Assembly (NCBI RefSeq): GCF_009914755.1
Contig: NC_060943.1
Source: the human T2T-CHM13v2.0 reference genome, Homo sapiens
Strand: one strand, 5' to 3'
Length of the DNA stretch: 64,000 bases
Numbering within the stretch: position 1 is the stretch's first letter; the number at the start of each line of letters is the position of its first letter. The notes under the pieces were generated by a model. That model saw nothing but the letters and a program-made list of their open reading frames with translations, was not told where the DNA came from and did no database searches. Shown here piece by piece: positions 55,256-64,000 of this stretch. A program made the position numbers and the translations under genes.

Positions 55256-55809
55256 TGAAGTATTTAGGCCATTAACATTGTTTGTAATTATTGATATATT
55301 TGGGTTTGTAACAATCATCTTGCTCTTTATTCTGTTTCTCTTATCTATCCTTAATTCTTTTTCTAATTTTCTGCCTATTTTTGTATTTTTTAAATTATAT
55401 TCTATTTTACTTCTACTACTGGCTAAATATTACGGCACTTTTTAGAATTTTGAGTGCTTTTTTTCCTAGAGGCTTTCAACATTCATTTTTAGCTTTCAAT
55501 GTCTAGTTTTACATATTATACCCTATCGTATATTTTGCTGGGATCTCACACAAATAATACTTCCATTCCACCTTCTCACCTTTTGAGCCATTTTCATATT
55601 TTAATTGCCACAAATATTACCATCCCTATACTACATTATTGATTTTGCATTAAAAACTCAATTACTTTTTCAAGAGAATATGAGGAAAACAATATTTACT
55701 CATATTTAACTTTTCTGTTAATTTCCATTCGTATGTATGAATCCATGTTTCCATCTGCATTTGTTGGTGATGAATTCTCTTACCATTCATTTCTTTTTTC
55801 ATTTGAAAC

Positions 55810-56125
55810 TATTATTTTAGGGTCAGGGAGTACACATGCAGGTTTGTTACATTGGCAAACTGCATATCCCTGGGGTTTGGTGTACAAATGATTTTGCCAC
55901 CCACATAGTGAGCATAGTAGCTGACAGTTTTTTGACCTTCACATTCCTTCCACCCTCCACTCTCAAGCAGGCCCTGGTGTTTATTGTTCCCATCTTTGTG
56001 TCCATGTGTACTCAATGTTTAGCTTCTAAGTGAGAACATAACAGTATTTGGGTTTCTGATCCTGCATGCCTTCACTTAACGGCCTCCAGCTGTGCCCATG
56101 TTGCTGCAAAGAACACAATTTCTTT
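55810..56125 (-). mobile_element. L1 3'-end fragment (L1PA/PB-type)
   Basis: gtacacatgcaggtttgttacat...gtgagaacat...gcctccagctgtgcccatgttgctgcaaag. Confidence 0.8.
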
Positions 56126-56545
56126 TTTCCCTGAGGCTTTAGCTTTCATTTGTTTATAAAAGTTTTCACTTTTTTCATATTATTACCAAGTGCAGAAATA
56201 CCAGATAGAGTTTCCTCCCTATTCCTTTCTCTGCTAGCTTGCATAGATTCTCACAAGGAGTTTATGAATCTTGTTACTTTTGTCCCCATGTATGTATCTT
56301 TTTTCCATCAGGCTGTTCTCAAGATTTTCCTTTACCACTAGTTTTCAGCAATTTGTCTTGTGTTTAGCTTTGAATTCCTTGAGCTTCTTAGATCTGTGGC
56401 TGATAGGTTCCAAAAAATTTGGAGTATTTTCAACCATTATTTTTAAATATTTTTTCTGCCTTCTCCCCGCTTCTCAGACTCACATTTACATATATCTTTA
56501 TATTTTCCCACAGATCACCAAGACTCTTTTACAGTGTTTTTCCCT

Positions 56546-57098
56546 TGTTGTACCTGAGTTAGAGAAAACGCCACACTTTGAGACGAATTAAGAGTCCATT
56601 TATTAGCTGGCGACCGAGAGACGGCTAACGCTCAAAATTCTCTCGGCCCGAAGAAGGGGCTAGATTTTCTTTTATACTTTGGTTTAGAAAGGGGAGGGGA
56701 GGGTCTAGTTAAAACAGTTTTACAGAAATAAAGTAGGCAAAAAGTTAAAAGGATAAATGGTTACAGGAAATTAAACAGTTCCAGGTGCAGGGGCTTTAAG
56801 ACTATTACAAGGTGATAGACCGGGGGCTTTGGGCATTATCAATCAGATGAATTCCTGGGAATTGCAGATATAGCTTGCCACAGTATCTTATCAGTTAATT
56901 GCATTCTTGGATGTGCTGGGAGTCAGCTTGCACAAGTTAAGTCCTTGAGGAAGCGGCTGCCAGTGAAAGAGCCAAGATGGAGTCTGTCTGGCTCTCTTAG
57001 CTAAGGGAGAGTCAATTCAGGTGGAAACAAGGCTGGGTAATTAAAGGAAAAGGGAGAGTCTAAAAACAGGGTTAGTAAAAACAAGGTTGGGCATTACA
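56546..57098 (-). mobile_element. 3' LTR (LTR6-type) of a HERV-T/S71 provirus
   Basis: Minus strand TGTAATGCCCAACC...TACAACA; preceded by PPT ACAAGTGGGGAA (57099-57110); TATAAAA at 56670-76; AATAAA at 56599-604. Confidence 0.88.
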
Positions 57099-57122
57099 TT
57101 CCCCACTTGTGTTTTTGGGGAA

Positions 57123-58200
57123 TCAAATCGTTGATTCCTCAATTATAACAAGGGGGTTATATTGAGTATTAAGATACATAAGTTTGACAGAAGCTATGCA
57201 TTCTTTTACAAAATTAAGAAACCAATTTTATATACAAGGCCCAAAAATTAAACTTAATAGTATGATGAGGAGAGGTCCAGCTAACCCAGTGATTAAAGTA
57301 GTTAGCCAGGGGTTCCAGTTGAACATGCTTTGATACCAGGGGATGTTGTTTTCTCGTTCCTGTTGGCGCCTATCTAGATTTTCTCGAACTTTTGGAGTGT
57401 ATCTTTTATGACTAAGAATGGTGGAGGAACAGTTAAATCAACTTTGTTAGGGGGTTTCTGGAACATAGGGTCACCTAGATCAGTTAAAGGCCCGATTGGC
57501 TTGGGTGGGCTCCATGAGACCAGGATTTTTTGGATGGTGAACATAGTCCCAACATCAAATCCTGGGATATAAAATCTTAATTCCCATGACATGCCATAAT
57601 ACTACTGAGTTGAATTAGGGTCATGGACAGTTATAGTAAGAGGATTACAATTTTTTCTAGTACATAATTTAGGACGAGAAGCACGAGTTATGGAATGAAG
57701 ATCTGGTTGATCCCCCAGAGTAGGTGGCTAAAGTTACACATGTCCAATCAGGGCAGAAAAACTGGTAAGTATCTCGACAGCTAGTGTCAGGGTGATTCCC
57801 AGGACAGAGGTAAAAGTCAACATTTTGGAGTCCTTTTTCTGCACCTTTGGAGCTTCCACATCCAGTTTGGCTCCTGGAGTGTCCAAATCCTGCTGCAAGG
57901 TTGACACTTCCTGCTTTTGGGACCGGCAGATTGTGTTGCTCTTCGCGGGTACGGGCTGGCTCTGGGAACAGTACACATAAATCAACTGCAAAGGAGACTT
58001 CCTTGGAGGTACTGGCCCTCCAAGTGGTGTTTGCAAATACACATCCTGTTGTGAAAGAGGTGAGGAGAAAGGAGTAGGAAGGCGCAAAGGACATAACAGG
58101 CAAAAACAAACAAGTGAGGTAGATAAAAAGAATTAATCTAATGGCTTCACCTGACTTAGGTGCAGTTTTAAAGGGGCCTGACCCAGGCCTGGGGACCCAT
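57123..58200 (-). pseudogene. HERV-T env remnant (frameshifts, stops, large internal deletion)
   Basis: MGPQAWVRPL..., VFANTTWRASTSKEVSFAVDLCVLFPEPART..., RENLDRRQQERENNIPWYQSMFNWNPWL match HERV-T/ERVS71 Env. A +1 T after codon 10 creates TAA. Confidence 0.9.
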
Positions 58201-59945
58201 GTTTCTAGTTGGGCTCTGTTGGCCTTTTTGATGCGGGAGTGATGAATCTAAGCAGGAATGCCGTCCACCTTCAGAGCCATTGGCGTTGTGAGGATGATGG
58301 TGTGAGGTCTTTTCTAAGCAGGAGTGAGTGCTTCTTTCTGGAACTTTTTAACAAACACTAGGTCTCCTGGCTGGAACGAATGGCAGGACCCTGTCTGGTC
58401 AGGAATTGGATTCGGATGGGTTCCTTGAACAAGTGGCAGGATGATATCTTGTACCTGTTGGGGAGACTGTAGGTACTGTAATAAATTCTTTTGTGATATT
58501 TCTGCCAATTGGGCATCTCTTAGCTTAGGCAAGATAGGCGGCGCCCTCCCATACATGATTTCAAAAGGTGAGAACCTAGCCTAGTAAGGGGTGCACCTTA
58601 CTCTAAGTAGGGCTAAAGGAAGGAGACTTACCCAATTTACACAAGTTTCTAAGATTAATTTTGTAAGAGTGTTTTTTAGGGTGTGGTTCATGCGTTCTAC
58701 CTGCCCAGAGCTCTGGGCTCGATAGGCACAATGGAGCTTCTATTGAATGTTTAACGCCTTACTGACCGACAGAACTATAGACGAGGTGAAGGCCGGTCCA
58801 TTATCAGACCCTATGGCAGCAGGCAGCCCATATCGAGGGATGATTTCATTGAGTAAAAACTTAACTACCAAGTTGGCGGTTTCGTTTTTGGTAGCAAATG
58901 CCTCAGTCCATCCAGAGAAGGTGTCTACTAGTACTAGAAGGTATTTGTACCCAGCCTGGTGTGGTTTTACTTTTGTAAAGTCAATTTCCCACTTCTCTCC
59001 TGGCAAGTTTCTTCGGAGACGGTGGCCTGGGCTGGGTTTAGGACCTTGTTTGGCATTTACCTGGTCGCAGGTTGTTCCCCAGAGAGCTGCTTGATCTGTT
59101 AGGCTTTGAAGACGGGGGATTCTTGTTTTTGATAGCCTTTTCTGCTGAGGTGAGTAGCCTGCGCTCCTGGCAGATGGCTCCATGTACATGCACCGTAGCA
59201 AAGGCGTACCTGCTGTCAGTGTTAACGTTAATATCCTTACCCCATCGGAGAGCCTGAGTGAGGGCGATCAATTCAGCTTTTTGCGCTGAGGTGTTTGCTG
59301 GTAAAGCCTGAGCCCACAACACATCTGTCTCCGTGGTAACAGCTGCACCGGCCTTTCGTACTCCCTGCTCGAGAAAGCTGCTACCGTCTGTGAACACGGT
59401 GGCGTCCGCCTTCTCTAGGGGCACATCTTGAAGATCGGATGGGCCAGTTTCGGTAGTTTCCAACAGTTCCTGACAGTCATGGATAGTAGCTGGATTTAAA
59501 CACCGTGTGGAAGAGAAAGTCAGTTTACTGATCTAACAGTAAACTCTGATATTGCAAGATGCGAGCATTTGACATCCATTCGCCAGAAGCACTTTGAAGT
59601 AAAGTCTCTATGGCATGAGGAGCCTTAAGGGTTAAATTTTGGCCCAGAGTTAACTTATCAGCCTCTTGGACTAGGCTTGCTGTAGCGGCTACTGCTTGGC
59701 TTGCAGACAACTTGGCCATCCAGAGGTCTCAGGATCCAGTTTCTTAGATAAATAGGCTACTGGGCGTCTCCAGGGTCCTAAGGTCTGAGTAAGCACCCCT
59801 TTAGCAACTCCCTGGCTTTCATGGACAAACAGGTGAAACGGCTTTGAGATATTAGGGAGGGCTAAAGCAGGGGCTTCAGTTAATGCCTTTTTCAGGTTTC
59901 AAAAAGCCTGTTCTTGTGTGTCTGTCCAAATTAACGGGCCATTTC
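58150..59945 (-). pseudogene. Gammaretroviral pol remnant: RT connection, RNase H, integrase
   Basis: [84 protein letters not shown]; several stops. Confidence 0.93.
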
Positions 59946-60430
59946 ATTCTGTACCTCTTGGATAGCCGCCACTAAGATTTTTGTTTGTCATTTGAATGCT
60001 TTATCAGCAGCCTTTTCAGCTGCCTGTGTTGCTCGTTTTTGTTTTTCAAACTCTTGGTTGTCAAAAACCTTTTGGGCTATTTCTAAAAGCTGACTGATAT
60101 TCATTCCAGCAAATCCCTCCAGTTTTTGGAGTTTTCTTTTAATATCTGGGGCTGCCTGAGCCACAAATGCCAAATTAAGAGCATGGCTATTTTCGGGGGC
60201 CGCTGGGTCAAAAGGGGTGTAAATCTGATAAGCCTCCTGGAGGTGCTCTAAAAACGGTCCTGGTGACTCATCATGCCCCTGGATGACTTCATTCGCCTTA
60301 GACAAGTTTATGGGTTTCCGAGCAGCTCCCTTAATACCTGCGAGGAGATACCGGTGGAAATCATCCAAAGCTCTCCCTCCACTTGAGGAATTTGGGTCCC
60401 AATTAGGCCGGGTAGAGAGAAAGACCTCTG
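59946..60430 (-). pseudogene. gag capsid remnant; provirus 5' end missing
   Basis: TRPNWDPN, LLAGIKGAARKPINLSK, IQGHDESPGPFLEHLQEAY (MHR), QAAPDIKRKLQKLEG. Retroviral homology stops at ~60430. Confidence 0.9.
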
Positions 60431-60615
60431 TGCACATTTCTGAAAATCTTTTCTGTATATCTCCTTCCTCTCTGGAACTCTGTCCTGCACCAGCCAGCAT
60501 GTCTCTGTTATCTTCTTAACACAGTAAGAACTTCATGTTGTTTGGGATCAGCTTTCTCATTATCCAGAATGTGTCTCCAAGTAGAAAGTTTGTGTGACTA
60601 TTGCACAACTTCACT

Positions 60616-60666
60616 ATATATATATATGGAGAGAGAGACAGAGAGAGAGAGAGAGACAGAGAGAGA
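60616..60666 (+). repeat. (TA)n(GA)n microsatellite at the tail of an antisense old Alu (60668-60936)
   Basis: Read directly from sequence. Confidence 0.85.
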
Positions 60667-61910
60667 GTGTTTCACTCTGTCACCCAGGCTGTAATGCAGT
60701 GGCATGATCACAGCTCACTGCAATCTTGACCTCCCTAAATTCAGGTGATCCTCCCACCTGTCTCCCAAGTAGTTGAGAATACAGGCATGCACCACCACAC
60801 CTGGCTAACTTTTGTATTGTTTATAGAAATGGGTTTTCACTAACTTGCCAAGGCTGGTCTCAAACTCCTGCGCTCCAGTGATTGCCTTGGCCTCCCAATA
60901 TGCGAGGAATACAGGCATGAGCCACCACACCTGGCCCACATGATTCTCTTCTGTCAGGGATCACAGTCATACAAACCAATTATTCCATCATGGCTCCAAC
61001 AGAAGCTCATGTTTTTTGACACTGGTGATGTCACTGGAAAGAAACACTCTCACACATTATTGGTGAGAATGTAAATTGACATTTTCAAAAGTAATTGGGC
61101 ATGATCTATTAAAATTTAAAATGCACAAATACTTTTGACTTGGCAGTATAATCAGTTGTAATATATTCTATATAAATAAAATCCAAGAATAAACATATAA
61201 AGATATTTATTGCACTAGTTTGCAGAAATAGAAAACTCAACCTGAATACTCAGCTTATGGGGAATGGATAGAGTATATCATGGCATTGCTGTTACTAGGT
61301 TGCTACATGTAATTCTGCAGGCATTTTGAAAAAGAAAAGCAAGGTGCACAAGACAAATACCAACAAAATATAATGTACAGACCTTATTTAAATCTGGACT
61401 CAAACCAACTATTATTGTGAAAGGTTGACTTATCTGTTCAAGATACATACTGAAAATATTTAGGGGGAAAAGGTATATAGCATGCTGGTTGTCTTTAATA
61501 TATCCCAGTGAAAACTTATTGGGAGAGAAAACAAGAAAGGCAAAAATAGGGTGATTATTAAAGAGGTTATGGGTACACTGTACTATTTTATTTTTGCCCA
61601 TGTTTAAAATTTTCTAAAGTTAAAACAAATTAAAGTGACAGATATATTTGCAGTTATCCTATTATAGTATACTGTCACCAGACTGAAATGACACCCACAC
61701 TTGAGCACAGAAGAAAACATCAAAAAATAAACACGGAAGTTTTAACAGCAGATGAGTGCAATACAATGAAGGTGGTTTTTAAAAATTTTTTTAGCTGGGC
61801 GTGGTGGCTCACACCTGTAATCCCAGCACTTTGGGAGGCCAAGGCGAGTGGATCACTTGAGGCCAGGAGTTTGAGACCAGCCTGGCCAACATGGCAAAAC
61901 CTCATCTCTA

Positions 61911-62266
<356 letters not shown>

Positions 62267-64000
62267 TCAAGCAATTCTCCTGCCTCAGCCTCCCGAGTAG
62301 CTGAGATTACAGGCATGTGCCACCACACCTGGCTAATTTTGTATTTTTAGTGGAGACGGGGTTCCACCATATCGGCCAGGCTGGTCTTGAATTCCTGACC
62401 TCATGATCCACCAGCCTCAGCCTCCCAAAGTGCTGGGATTACAGGCGTGAATGTAATGATTTTTAAAAAGAAAAACATGGATGTAAAGAAAGTAAAGCTT
62501 CGTTTTGAACAGTTATGATGGTAACAAAACTCAAAGGAGCAACTAAAGCAGTGCTGCAACCACTTTTGTCTGTCTTAGTAATTCTGATTAGTGTACATTC
62601 CTCCCCCACCAACCATTTTGAGAGAAATTTGTCTGAAAACATGATTTATGAAATAAACATAAGTGCTGAAAGAGTTAACAGTTATTAAGTTTCTTCTTTT
62701 AAACAATCTTGTAACAACAGAAAAAGCCTTGGTCAGGTATGGCTCATGTCTGTAATCGCAGTACTTTAGGAGGCCAAGGCAGGAGGATCACTTGAAGCCC
62801 GGGATTTGAGACCAGCCTGGGCAACAAAATAAGACCCTGTCTCTACAAAAAAAAAAAAAAAAAAAAAAAAAAGAAAGAAAAAATTTAAATTATCCAGGTG
62901 TGGTGGTGCACACCTATAGTCCCAGCTACTTGGAAGGTTGAAGCAGGAGGATCACTTGAGCCCAGGAGTTTGATGCTGCAATGAGCCATGCCACTGCACT
63001 CCAGCCTGGGTGACAGAGAGCCCACCTCTAAACAAAAAAAGACAAAACCCTTATAAAATTGATCTAGACAATGATGGAGTGTAGAGGATTGTAAAAACCT
63101 TGGCTACAGAAATTGTTCCTCTCTAGTGTAGTCCATGACTGAAGAACAGAAAAGCACTATATCATCCATCAAATTTAAATAACTGACATAATGCTTAAAA
63201 TTTCCCCTTACCATCATTCTTTATGGTTAAAAAGAAATTCTGCAAGTGTGTTCACAAGCCAAAGATATTAATAAGCATACAGAAGAGAAAGGATTAATGG
63301 TCAGGACTGGGAAACAATGGGTTAAACAAAAGATAGTATTTTCTTTACTGCAGGTCTTCTCAACCTTTTAATTTGGTTTGTTCAGAGTGGAATTCACAAT
63401 GCCAGTAAGGAAATTTGGTTATGCACTGTATCATATGCAATGAGGTAGAACCCGCTCTACGTATTTTGGGAATTATTTCTTGAACATATTTTTGAAAAGT
63501 CTGGCTCAAGATATTGTCTGCAAATGGCAGTTAATATGCAAGTATGTTTGATGGTAGAAGGGCACCTAACAGTCTACTGACATTTAACTTTTCCTTTAAA
63601 TTTATAATTTTGCAATTATGTTAATCTCTCAATTGTTAATGACTGAATAATGAAGGCATAACTTATCCAATCTGAACAAAATGTACTTTAGAGACGAAGA
63701 ATGCATGAGTGTTGTGGCATCATGGTGGTTACACTGATTATTCAGAGTTCTAATGATTCTCAGTTACCACTTTTTTTTGGACAATAGTTTGTAAAACAGT
63801 GAATTAACATTTAGATTATAATCATACAGTATATACAATCAGTGGTTTCCAGAGTGATGACAATTCAGTGGGCTGCAATGTTCATTAAAGATAATGTAGG
63901 CCGGGTGCGGTGGCTCATGCCTATAATCCCAGCACTTCAGGAGGCTGAGGCAGACAGATCACCTGAGGTCAGGAGTTTGAGAGCAGCCTGACCAACATGG

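Noticed and set aside
57669-58109. Functional secreted Env/SU fragment (restriction-factor-like)
   Set aside because: The authentic ATG (58200) hits a frameshift TAA after 10 codons. The remaining ORF starts at TTG late in the signal peptide and frameshifts again, and there is no 5' LTR.
59988-60500. Domesticated 170-aa capsid gene
   Set aside because: Chimeric ORF: the N-terminus is flanking non-viral sequence, capsid is partial, and no promoter is evident.

Overview
Human (primate) genomic DNA from a KRAB zinc-finger gene cluster; from recall this is chr19q13.12. The main gene is ZNF793 (+ strand). Its four coding exons (24949-24963, 33856-33982, 34808-34903, 38397-39379) splice in frame to a 406-aa protein with KRAB-A, KRAB-B and six C2H2 fingers. 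It has a CpG-rich, apparently bidirectional promoter at about 7.85-8.7 kb and a long Alu/L1-rich 3' region. Downstream lie a decayed paralogous copy of the ZNF793 promoter (~46-47.3 kb), two tandem ~2.5-kb-period GC-rich SST1-like units that look like the ZNF571-AS1 and ZNF540 promoters (50.1-53.8 kb), and a multiply deleted HERV-T/S71 provirus on the minus strand (56.5-60.4 kb). That provirus carries clustered TGG->TAG and Gly->Arg/Glu changes consistent with APOBEC3 hypermutation. The rest is roughly 55 Alus, two HERV-K LTR5 solo LTRs, older LTR, L1, MIR and DNA-transposon relics, and microsatellites. Almost all ORFs in the supplied track are Alu or LTR artefacts. I see no evidence of a wholly new biological system; the best leads are the edited provirus, the satellite-derived promoter pair, the fossil promoter and a locally templated 59-bp insertion. 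Repeat family names and neighbouring gene names come from recall and were not checked by a search.
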